Part shown: positions 1-11,041 of the stretch, one piece after another
Position numbering within the stretch: position 1 is the stretch's first letter
Layout of the letters: each line of letters begins with the position of its first letter
From: Saprolegnia diclina VS20
Lineage: Eukaryota
Direction of reading: 5' to 3'
Assembly (NCBI RefSeq): GCF_000281045.1
Contig: NW_008246127.1
Span: 117,445-137,444, forward strand
Length of the DNA stretch: 20,000 bases
Translations under genes and position numbers: made by a program
Notes under the pieces: generated by a model
What the model was told of the DNA's origin: nothing
What the model saw: only the letters and a program-made list of their open reading frames with translations
Databases searched by the model: none

Positions 1-1632
1 GCGCCTTGCCGCCAAGAGCCGCGAGGCCGTCGCGTCGACCGTCGAGCACCTCAGTCTCCATGCGATGATCAAGGGCCTCGACAGCCCAGACAAGGCCGAT
101 CTGCGCAAGCTCATGCAGCTCAAGGAAGACCAAGGGTACGCTGCCTCTCTTTCTATCGGTATATCAACCTCTCCAACGTGTAGCGAGCTCTCGTCGCAGG
201 ACGAGAAGCGCTTCAAGGCCCTCAAGCGCAACGCAGAGCGCGAGATTCTTCAGGCCGCCGACGTCATTTGCACGACGTGCGTCGGGTCAGGCGACCCGCG
301 CTTGGCCAACTTTCGCTTCCGCCAAGTGCTCATCGACGAGGCGACGCAAGCGACGGAGCCCGAGTGTCTCATCCCGATCGTGCAGGGCGCCAAGCACGTG
401 GTCATGGTCGGCGACCACATGCAGCTCGGGCCCGTGGTCATGAGCAAGAAGGCGGCCAAAGCAGGTTTAAACCAGTCGCTTTTCGACCGGCTTTTGCGGC
501 TTCAGCACCGTCCGTTCCGCCTCCGCGTGCAGTACCGCATGCACCCGTGCCTCTCGGAGTTCCCCTCCAACATGTTTTACGAGGGCGAGCTCCAAAACGG
601 CGTGAGCACCTCGGATCGCATCCTCAAGCACGTGGCGTTCCCGTGGCCCAACCCGCAAAAACCCACGTTTTTCTACATTTCGCTTGGCGCCGAAGAGATT
701 AGCTCGAGCGGCACGTCGTACCTCAACCGCACCGAAGCGTCGCACTGCGAAAAGTGTGTGACCCACTTCCTCAAGGCCGGCGTCCAGCCGTCCCAGATCG
801 GTACGCATGTTTGCCATTTTTCAAGCTGACGAGCGGACGCAGGCGTCATCACGCCGTACGAGGGCCAGCGCGCGTACATTGTCAACTTTATGCAGCGCAA
901 CGGCCCGATGCGGTCGCAGCTCTACAAGGACGTCGAGGTCGCGTCCGTCGACTCGTTCCAGGGTCGCGAGAAGGACCTCATCATCCTCTCGTGCGTGCGC
1001 TCCAACGAAAACCAAGGTACTTGATGTTATGCTGCAAGATGTCGAAGAGGCGTGTAGGCATCGGGTTTCTGAGCGACCAGCGCCGCCTCAACGTCGCACT
1101 CACCCGCGCCAAGTACGGCGTCATCATTCTCGGCAACCCCCGCGTCTTGGCCAAGCAAGAGCTTTGGAATGACCTTTTGAACCACTATCGCGACAACCAG
1201 CTCGTCGTCGAAGGCTCGCTCAACAACCTCCAGCCGTCCTATATGCAGTTCCCCAAGGTCGAGAAGCCGCGCGCGCGTCGCCAGACCCGCGCGTACGACA
1301 ACAGCGGCATGGCGTACACGCGTCAGGACCCCTTGCCGCCACTTGACTCGCGCTTTGACCCGCGCTACGAGGCGTCGCGCCGTGCGCCGCCGCTGCCACC
1401 GCGCGCCGGTAGCAACCGCCGCCAGCCCTTTGCGCCCGGTCCGCTCACGCAGCAAGAGGAGAGTGGCGGCTTCCTGATGACGCAGCAGTCGATGCTCGAT
1501 GGCCCGTTCACGCAAGCCGGTGCAACGCAGTCCTTCTCGCAGTTCTCGACGGGCATGAGCCAAGACACGTTCGACTACAAGTCGCAGAACATGCCCATGT
1601 CCCAGGACGTGCACAAGACTGGGTTTTACTGA
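1..1632 (+). CDS. UPF1: UPF1/NAM7 SF1 RNA helicase (regulator of nonsense transcripts 1), 5'-truncated by the window edge. Introns at 136-183, 801-842 and 1017-1057.
   Basis: The spliced translation gives the UPF1 helicase motifs [70 protein letters not shown] and [11 protein letters not shown], followed by an SQ/TQ-rich C-terminal tail. All three introns are GT..AG and restore the expected alignment. Stop TGA at 1630-1632. Confidence 0.96.
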
Positions 1633-1878
1633 GGCGATCGCGATCGAGAGAGCGAATGGTACTCGGATGCTCGCCATGTGTCCTTGGCTCAGGATGTCCT
1701 CCTCCTAGACGAGCACCGACGCATGCTGGCGGGAATCGCAACCGAGGGCGGCCAGAAGACCAAGCGCTGGCCCGCGCGACGAGATACTAAGTGCCAAATA
1801 CACCTTGCCCTTGTCGCTCGACGCGCTTTTACACAACCCTTTGGAAAAGGTCTCCCATTGACTGAAAAGAAGAGAAGG

Positions 1879-2604
1879 ATGGAGTGGATCGATGCGGAGC
1901 GTGGACTGCTCTCGGTCGCCTTGCAGCCGTGCCAGCTCTGCGCCGACGCACTCGTCGACACCCGAGGTCTCTGCAATGCGCTCTGCCCCGCCCGCGTCTG
2001 CACAAGCTGCCTCGCACAGTACATCGCTGCCGCCTGTGCCTCCAGTGACGTTGTCGCCAACGTCGCCTGTCCGATTTGCATCTTGCCCATGCCGCTGCCA
2101 GCGTGGAAGGCGCGGCTTCCAACTGACGTCTTTGCGGCGCTCGGGGCGAAGCTCGGCGCATCCTGCGCCAGTTTTTGCCCGACGTGCTCCGGGGAGCTCC
2201 CCCGCGCCTGCGTCACGGTAGCCACCACGTGGAGCGCGGTGCTGAGCGACCGATACGATGCGCTCCACGCCGAGTGCTTGGCCTTTGACGCCGGTGAGCG
2301 CACAGCGGCCGAGCTCCTTTCGTTTCTCACCAACGTCTTTGGACCGTTTGCGCGCAAGATTGTGCCCGCCATGTACCAGTGGATGGCGACGAACCACAGA
2401 CTCTACGCATTTGTGGCCACGCGCCAGCGGCACCGAGGACCGACCGCGTGGTATCCGTGCTGCCTCACGATCGAGTCATCGACGGACGCTGCGCCGACAA
2501 CGGCCGAGGTGGTGACGCCAGGGCGCTGGCCGCGGGCGCTCAAGGCGTGGTCTCGACAGCACAAGCGCAACAAGCTTGTGGTTGTGGACAACGAGGCGTC
2601 ATAA
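1879..2604 (+). CDS. RING-finger-like (RBR RING1-like) Cys-rich protein, ~241 aa
   Basis: Probable ATG at 1879 inside ORF 1678-2604. Cys pattern CQLC..CNALC..VCTSCLAQYI..VACPIC, then CPTC and PCC. No introns are needed. Confidence 0.65.
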   Translation: MEWIDAERGLLSVALQPCQLCADALVDTRGLCNALCPARVCTSCLAQYIAAACASSDVVANVACPICILPMPLPAWKARLPTDVFAALGAKLGASCASFCPTCSGELPRACVTVATTWSAVLSDRYDALHAECLAFDAGERTAAELLSFLTNVFGPFARKIVPAMYQWMATNHRLYAFVATRQRHRGPTAWYPCCLTIESSTDAAPTTAEVVTPGRWPRALKAWSRQHKRNKLVVVDNEAS

Positions 2605-3431
2605 GCTAGCGATAATATTCCATACACAAATGTGCAAATGACGTGGCAGCACCAGACGTCGGCAGTCCATGGTGACTTCAAGGATGTACACAGCACAAAA
2701 TTTGATTCGAGCAGCACGCGAAGTGAAGTGCATACGATAGAGCCAAGAGCCACAATCGCTAATGGCCAGGCCATACCAAGGCACCATAGCACGTGTCTTG
2801 ATTGCTGTCTTGATATAGCGCCGTGGAGCATCTGTAGCTCAGTGCCCGGCCCGCCTGTGGTTGATGGGGCCAATTTCTGGTCATGTCGTTCTGCGCCAAC
2901 ACTTTGGTCGGCAACTTGGTTCTTTCCAGCATGAGCACAGGAGGCTCGTACTACATCACATCACATTGTGTTCAAGCTCCCTGCAATGTCAAGCAGACGC
3001 GGAACGTGACGGGAACGTGCTCGACAAGCCACGGGGCCTGGTTTTGCCCAGTTTGACACGGGCAAACTCTGTAACTCGATACAAATCGGAGGTTTTACCC
3101 GCCAGCAACGTTACTCGCATGTGCTTTGTCCCAACTCATCAGCAATTGACATCCGAGATCCCACGCTCGAGGCGAGGAGCTTCGCCATCGACGATGGCGT
3201 CGCAAGCACATACACTAGACATGCCGGTAGAGGCTCGTCAAGCCTTTGCCGTGCCTTGTCACCTGCCTATGCCCGAGCCTCGTTGCACTTGCGGGAGCAG
3301 CCGATCACGCATTCACTTGCTGACGATGGCTGGGTGAGAAACTTCGCTGCAAGTTCCTGACGCACACCGTCTTTCTACTAGTTACTCGTGACAGAACCCA
3401 AGCCACTCGAAGACGACAACGACGACGAGCG

Positions 3432-3875
3432 ATGCTTGGACGACCAGTGCTCCTGTCATTGCTGCCTCTGCTCGGCCGCTGCGCCGCCAACAAGTCTGTC
3501 GTGCCCGAAAATGACGCGACCAACGTCATCTTGATCTGCTCGCTGAGCATCGGCACGATCGTGCTCGCGGTCGTCGGCCTCGCCATCGTGCTCCTCATCT
3601 GGAAGCCCCGCGCCGCGTCGACGTCGTCGCTCTCTTGCGCCGACATTGACGCGTTCGCGGGTGTCAGCGACGGCCCGACCGTCGTCGACCAAGTGCAACT
3701 GCTCGAGGACATGGCGTTCGGCCTCGTTGACGCCAACGGCCACGACGAACCGGCGTTCTACTTGCTGGAAGACATGATCGGGAGTTCGCGCGGTGCGTAC
3801 AAGCTCCGGCCGAGCGCCATCTCGGACGACGTCGCGGTCCTCGCGTCCCAGCGCGACCTGCCGACCGTGTCGTAG
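3432..3875 (+). CDS. Small single-pass membrane protein with a signal peptide, 147 aa, function unknown
   Basis: Hydrophobic N-terminus (MLGRPVLLSLLPLLGRCAA), a TM segment (VILICSLSIGTIVLAVVGLAIVLLIW) followed by KPR, and GC3-rich codons. Confidence 0.75.
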   Translation: MLGRPVLLSLLPLLGRCAANKSVVPENDATNVILICSLSIGTIVLAVVGLAIVLLIWKPRAASTSSLSCADIDAFAGVSDGPTVVDQVQLLEDMAFGLVDANGHDEPAFYLLEDMIGSSRGAYKLRPSAISDDVAVLASQRDLPTVS

Positions 3876-3935
3876 CCAGCTGCCTTTGCCATATATTTAA
3901 CACTTCAACGCCCGTCGCTAAACAACAACGTCCCA

Positions 3936-4867
3936 TTAGTCTAACCGCTGCTTCTTGGTTGGCGGCGGCGAGTCAGCCTTGGGCTTGGGCTTGGGCTTGT
4001 CCTTCTTGTACGCTTTCATGTCGGTGCTGTTGGCGAGCGCAGTGGCTTCGTTCAGGCCGCGATGGGCATACACGCGAAGCAGCGCCGACGTGTAGACCAT
4101 GAGCGCGCGCATGTCGTCCATCTCGTGTGGCTGGAACTTGCCGAGAACGTACTTGTCGAGCTGCAGTCCTGGCGGCGGGTTGCCTTTGTTCGCCGGATCG
4201 AGAAACCACGACGGACAGCCAATGCCGATCTTGAGCCGCGCAAACTTCTCGGACGCGATGCACTTAATGACGTCGCGGACGCCGTTCTGGCCGCCGTGGC
4301 CGCCCTTGGGCTTGAAGCGGCACGTGCCAAACGGCAGCGTGATGTCGTCCGTGAGCACGAGCAGCTCGTCGTGCTTGTTGATGACGAGCGCATTGTTCTT
4401 GAGCCTGCGCTCCTCATGTAACTTTCATGATCATGACGAGGATCGACGCACCGGAAATGATGCGTGTTGAGGTAGCTCTTGACCGACATGCCACTGCGGT
4501 TCATGTACGTCGACGGCAAGAGGCCATGCACATCGACGACAGGATACGGCACGCCCTCGGCGACAGTTCGCGCCTTGCGCCGCTCCGACATGCGATCAAT
4601 GAGGTCGTCGCCAAGTCGCGTTTGCAGCTCGTCGAAGCGCAGCTGATGCACCGCGCTCTCGCCGTGCACGGCCTTGACGTCGACGAATGGCGGAGCGCCA
4701 TGCGCAGCAAAGAGGTGCTGGAGGGCCATCTTGCCAATGTTGTGGCTACGCGCGACGTGAGAGGAGCCATTGCGGTGGAGCTACCGCGTGTTGTGGAACT
4801 TCTCGCCCGGGTTGCCGAGGCCGACGACGAGGCGCCGGACGAGCGGGTAGACTTCCCGCGCCGCCAT
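3936..4867 (-). CDS. PTH1: Peptidyl-tRNA hydrolase (bacterial-type Pth/PTH1 family), ~281 aa. Exons 4867-4785, 4745-4452 and 4404-3936.
   Basis: Motifs LVVGLGNPG..HNTRHNIG (joined across intron 4746-4784), PSTYMNRSG, LLVLTDDI, GGHGGQNG, RLKIGIG and YVLGKF. The second intron, 4405-4451, is GT..AG. Confidence 0.93.
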
Positions 4868-4930
4868 CGATTTTATTTGTTGGCTGCGAAAAAGAATAAA
4901 AATCCGACAAAATTGAATCAAAATCCAAGA
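4868..4930. promoter_or_regulatory. Putative bidirectional promoter/5'UTR between the divergent PTH and kdsA genes
   Basis: 63 bp AT-rich spacer between ATGs at 4867 (-) and 4931 (+), with AAAATC motifs in both orientations. Confidence 0.55.
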
Positions 4931-6061
<1,131 letters not shown>

Positions 6062-6091
6062 TTGTAGACGACCGATAGACACCATTCGCGT

Positions 6092-8638
6092 TCATTCGCC
6101 AATTTTGATGGCTTGCAAGCTCTCTTCGATCTTGGGCAGCTCGTCGGGCCAGAGCTGTCGAAGCACGCGGTTCACTCGCCGATCAAGCCGCGTTGGTTGT
6201 CCGCGCCGCCAGCGCCGATTGCGCGGCACGCGTGGCCGCAGCGGCAAGGCCGCGTCGTCGCCCGGCGTTTCGAGCTGCGTCATGACCTCGACCCGCCGCG
6301 AGCGGTACTCGGCCATCGTGTGCACTTTCTATCTCACTGTTTCAAGCATCGTCCAGCAGCGACAGAGCTGGACCTTGAGACTCTCGAGGAGACGCGTCTT
6401 GTACACGACGGTCAAGTTTTCCTGCGCAATGTTGTTCTGCATGCGAAGCGGCAGGTGCGGCACCAGCTCGGGGCGCCGCGCTCCGTGGTCCTCGTCGGAC
6501 GATGGCAGGTAGAAAAGCTGTCGCGGCGGCTGGTTGTTGCTCCGCGGTGAGGTGGGTTTGGATGCTCCGTGTCGGTGCAAGCTATGGGGCGACCGTGGGG
6601 GCGAGTTGACGGACGTGCGGAGCGTCGGTGGCACCTACACTGGTGCGTGGGACACGGCAGGGCGCCCGCCGTACAGACCTGGAGCTTGGGCGACGCGCCT
6701 CGGGCCTCGGCAATTGCCTTTTGCTTGGTCGCGGCGATTTGCCAGTCGCGGTACAATTGGTCCCGCGGCGACATCAGATCCGCCTTTTTCTGTTGCAAAT
6801 GCGCCGTTGTCGCCGCCTAGACCGAAGATTAGGGCTACGAGATTACAAAGCGCGGCTCTACCGTTTGGGCGGCAAGGCGGAGCTTTTGCTGGAGCATCTG
6901 CGGCGTGCGTTTGCGAGCAAAGAGGAGGTCGGCTTTCGCCTCTGAAATGCGCTGGTCGTCGGCCTCTTTCTTGCGCTGCTTTCGGATCGCTGCTTGGTGC
7001 TTGGCCTCGACGACCTTGGAGCACACGCTGTCGCCTGGGGCATAGTTCACACAACGTACGCGTGACGACGATTGAATTGAACCTGAAATGTGGTCGTGGG
7101 ACCCGCACCAGCCGCAGATAGTCCGCGCATGCTTCATCATCGAGCGCGTCGATCTAGCAAACCGCCTTGAGTCATCATTACCTCGTGTCAAGAGACATGG
7201 TCAGCAGCAGACGCGGGTGGGTCGACGCGATCGCGATGCGCGTTTGGCGCCAATGGTCTCGCGCGAGCGCCATCTCCCGGAAGAGCTGCTGCGCCGCCAG
7301 AATGTGGTCGAGGCGGTCGATCATAAAGACGTCATTCCACGTCGCGCGCTAGTCGACGTCATTAGTTTCGCGCCAAATTGCATTAATATCTACATCCATC
7401 ACGAGCGCCTTGACGTCCGTGACTAGACACGCGTTGTGTATCAGTCCTCCAGAGAACCACAACAATTTTGGTGGATACCGGCGCGCAACTCGACTTTGCT
7501 GTGGCTTTCGTTAAAAACGAGGGCGTGCTCCCCGCAGATATCGTGCTCTTCGTACAAGGCCGTTTCCAAGCTCGCGCGCTTCCGCCGCAGGTCGCCAAAG
7601 TGGATGCCTTGGATCACGCTTTCTTCCGGCGCGACGGCGGCCTTGGACTTTTTGGTTGGCTTTTCGTCCACGGGCGTGTACTTGACGACGTAGCCCGCGT
7701 CATCGACGAGCGCCGTCATCGGCAGCGACTCTTGCACGACGCCCGAGTAGATGAAGTACATGGCGTTGGCCTCGTTGCCGTGGCGCAGTAAGAAGCTCTA
7801 CGCATCCTCAGATACAACCTCGCGACAGCGTCGTACATCCGCTGGCACAGCGAGGAGCTTGAGCTTGTTGGAGAGGCGCGAGATGTCGCCGTGAGTCCAC
7901 GACTCAAAGTAGTACAAATCCTCGATAAACTCAAACTGCGTAAAGGTAATCTCGTCGCCGTTGCTGGCGCGGAGAAGGCGGTGGTACGCACCCCGTTTCA
8001 GGCAAATAAACGACGTCAAGACGTTGGTCACGACCGAGCACGTCCTGGACATGGCGATGATGGTCTATCATTGTGAGCTAGTAAAGCATACCGCTGTGCC
8101 GATGGGTCGAGGACGGCGAGCTCGCCAAACGTCCCACCGCCCCCAATCTTGCGAATGAACATGCCGAGCGATTTGCGTGAGGCCTCGTCCGGGTAGGTAC
8201 CAAGCTGTCCGCGCAGCTCGTCTTCTATGGGCATATGGGCTTCGCTGGGCGCCACGTAGAGCGAGACTTGGCCGGCGAGGACGATGTAGAAGATGTCGCC
8301 AAAGTCGCCTTGGTAGCATACCACCGTACCGGGCGGAGCGTTGTACAAGGTCATTTCGCGGCAAATCGTCTTGCAAATGACGTCTTGGATGCCGCTAAAG
8401 AGCTTGCACGTCGCTTCATTCTGGACGACCCACTCGAAGAGGACATCGACCTCTAAATACCACGCTCGATACAGCCTCCCATCCGCCGCACGACTATACC
8501 TTCGGCCGACCGCTGCTCGGACTTCTTGTTGAGGATGGCTTGGAGACGCTGGGCCTTGGTCAACAACTTCTTCTCGGACGGCAGCATCTTGGCCCGGAGG
8601 TGCGCTGCGGCGCGGACGACATTGGCGGCGTGGTCCAT
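6092..8638 (-). CDS. Tandem cyclic-nucleotide-binding domain protein with a CCHC-like motif and a low-complexity/coiled C-terminus. About 10 introns: 8453-8499, 8045-8091, 7798-7836, 7423-7478, 7349-7393, 7154-7196, 7035-7082, 6817-6861, 6635-6678 and 6329-6373.
   Basis: CNBD1: VVCYQGDFGDIFYIVLAGQV...GGTFGELAVLDPSAQRTCSV. CNBD2: LLRHGNEANAMYFIYSGVV...DICGEHALV. The GT..AG introns join into one continuous frame ending at TGA 6094-6092. Confidence 0.85.
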
Positions 8639-8722
8639 AACCCAATATAATACTTGACACGCGAAACGGTCGACTGGCCTTTCTATTAAGGCACTCACCA
8701 GACGGACGCTCCTCGACAAAGA

Positions 8723-9925
8723 TCAAATGCCCAACGACGTTGTATCAAGTGTACTGTCTGAGACTGCACTAGCATCTACGTCGGCCGCCAAGTACACAAA
8801 CGACGTATCGATCGAGACATCATCGTCAAAGCGGGCGTCGGGACTTCCGGCCCACGTGGCCGTCGGACACTCGTAGACGAAAGGCGTTGACGACTCGATG
8901 ATGGGAACGCGTGACATGACCCGGGGCTTGGACTTGACCATTATGCCCCTGGAGGCAAGTGTCGCGCGGTCGTCACTCGGCGCACGAGCTTGCGACAAGA
9001 GCGCATTGTGCCGCTTCCGGTAGAAGAGACACGCGAGACCGAGCAGCGCGAGTACGAAAAGACTGGACGACGCTGCAATCACCGGCCACTTGTCTACGAA
9101 CAGCAACACAAATGAGGTGCGAGGTGCGAAATGCAAGCAAACCGTCGGCGTTGCGACTCGATGCTGGCGGCGACGTTTCGGTGGACCCCGAACGTGAAAG
9201 CTGGTCGATGGATGGCCGAAGCTGGCTCAGTACGCATCAAGCCATGTCAATGACGAGACGTGTATCGTCGGTGCAAGAAGAACCTCTGTGCGCTGGACGA
9301 CGGCAAAATCATACAACCCGAGCGACTTCGACACTGGCAGCGCCACGCGGGCATACAAGCAGTAGACGCCCGGTCGATCGAGAAGCACAGTCGCCGAGAA
9401 GTTGCGCGAGCTGTCGTCTGTCATGCCGCCGCCAAGAGGAACGACCAGCATACACGCTGGCAGAGACGTGTCGAGCGAGAAAAGGTCGCAAGACGCAAGG
9501 CCTTGCGCCCAGCATGCTTGTATCGTCGCTAGAGCCTCGACGCCAGCGATGCCAGTCGCATCGATTGCAGCGCGTAGCTCCGAGAGGCCCAGCGCCTTGC
9601 TGGTAGGATATTGGATCATCGAGATGGTCCACGCGGCTGTCACCTTGTCCCTTGTCAGCTCACGCAGAAGAGCCCGTGTTCGTACCGTGGTAGGTATCCC
9701 CGTCAGGAGTCGCGGCAGCATGAGCGTCATCGTGAGCGCACATGCGCTTCCTTGGCCACCGACGAGGACCTCGGTCGCTTGATTCGACTGGCGCAGCTTC
9801 CAGCAGTAAGTCGTGCTCGGCTTCATGTGTGCATATAGGCCGTCGTCTTCGCCGTCGTCACTTGCATCCACACTTGGCGCCGCATGAAGATGGAGCGTTC
9901 CCGACTTCGGCCCGCGCAGCATCAT
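8723..9925 (-). CDS. Putative single-pass membrane (receptor-like) protein: ectodomain exon ~9925-9260, a short linker exon, then a TM/cytoplasmic exon ending at 8723. The 5' end is uncertain.
   Basis: ORF 8723-9136 has a TM segment (VIAASSSLFVLALLGLACLFY) followed by RKR. A GTTTGC..TTCGTAG intron (~9094-9142) links it in frame to an upstream Ser/Pro linker, which can be spliced to the beta-rich ORF 9227-9925. The exact donor of that second intron is ambiguous. Confidence 0.6.
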
Positions 9926-10269
9926 CGTCCTCGTCCCGCGGTGGCAAATTGCAAACTGGCGACCATCGACGTCGGACTCATAATATTATTCAAGTATCCA
10001 GCACCCTATTATTATAATTGCATACAACTTATAAGCTTATCGGAAGATCCACGTGCAAAATAATATTACGAATATCGTTGCCGTGAGATGCCACGCTGCC
10101 ACGACAGGAAGACCGAATCTCGCCGTGAAGTTGACAGCAACTGGTACTGCCCTCGCCTTCAACCTCTGAAGCACGACCACCGCTACACACGCGCTTGGTC
10201 GGCCACCCATTAGCTTCAACCGCATCCAAGATCACGTCGGCAAGCCACGTATCCAAGCAGTAGTTATAG

Positions 10270-10926
10270 TTAAGACTCGGTACTGGAGTAGAAGAAGTCG
10301 TCGTCGCCAGCGCGGTCGCGTGCATGGTTGAGGCACATGCCTAGGCGCTGCACCCACTTATCGCAGCCAGGAAACGAACAGCGATCGCCGCCGCCGTGCT
10401 GTCGGCAGAGCTGCTTCATGTGGGCCTTCTTGTCGCAACCGACGATGGCGCAGGGCCGGCCACCGCCGTGCAGCTTGCACAGCCCCAAGCTCTGGGACGC
10501 CCGGGTGCACGAGGCAATCTTGCAGCGCGACCCACCACCGTGCCGAATACAAAGGCCGCGACTCTGCACGCTCTTGTCGCAGCCGGCGTGGGCGCACCGC
10601 TTCGAGCCACCGTGGCGCTTGCACTTGCCGAATGCGCGCGCTTGGCTCTTACAGTCGACGTCGCTGCACAGCCGCCGACGTTCGCCCGACGGCGCGCTCG
10701 GTTTGGGGTCGGCGGCCACCGCTGTCGCAACAGCTGGTGCTGGTGCGAGCGGCTCGAGGAGAAGCCACGTCGGGTCGCAAGCGATCGTGCAATCGTGCGA
10801 CGGGAACGACGCCTCCAGCAGCGCGCTATCTGCGACCTCAAAAAGTGGGATGATCGAGTCCGGCGCCGCCATCGAGGCCAGGTTCATGGCATTCACGCGT
10901 TCGTGGATCGGCAGCTCCATCGTCAT
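10270..10926 (-). CDS. WRKY19-like tandem zinc-finger (C-x4-C..G.C..HGGG) repeat protein
   Basis: Five repeats, starting CSDVDC..CKRHGG, CAHAGC..CIRHGGG, CKIASC..CKLHGGG, CAIVGC..CRQHGGG and CSFPGC..CLNH. Start is at ATG 10926; the ORF extends to 10989. Confidence 0.88.
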   Translation of the reverse strand: MTMELPIHERVNAMNLASMAAPDSIIPLFEVADSALLEASFPSHDCTIACDPTWLLLEPLAPAPAVATAVAADPKPSAPSGERRRLCSDVDCKSQARAFGKCKRHGGSKRCAHAGCDKSVQSRGLCIRHGGGSRCKIASCTRASQSLGLCKLHGGGRPCAIVGCDKKAHMKQLCRQHGGGDRCSFPGCDKWVQRLGMCLNHARDRAGDDDFFYSSTES

Positions 10927-11041
10927 CTCGATCGATCGATAATGGATGGCCCTTCTACCGTTGGAGATGGCTTTTGCCCCGTCCCACAACTCGGGAAAGG
11001 ACGCGACCCGATGGACGATACCATTGATACAAAGCTATAAA

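Noticed and set aside
1678..1878. N-terminal extension of the RING ORF from a TTG start
   Set aside because: Non-ATG start in a eukaryote, overlapping the probable UPF1 3'UTR. ATG 1879 is more plausible.
2605..3430. ORFs 2403-2873 (-), 2632-2934 (+) and 2861-3337 (+)
   Set aside because: No recognisable domain, weaker codon bias and no convincing spliced model. Treated as intergenic.
3978..3999. (CTTGGG)n short tandem repeat, superficially telomere-like
   Set aside because: It encodes KPKPKP in the Pth tail and has only ~3.5 copies.
10320..10670. Periodic repeats resembling an array
   Set aside because: These are protein-level zinc-finger repeats, not a CRISPR or DNA repeat array.
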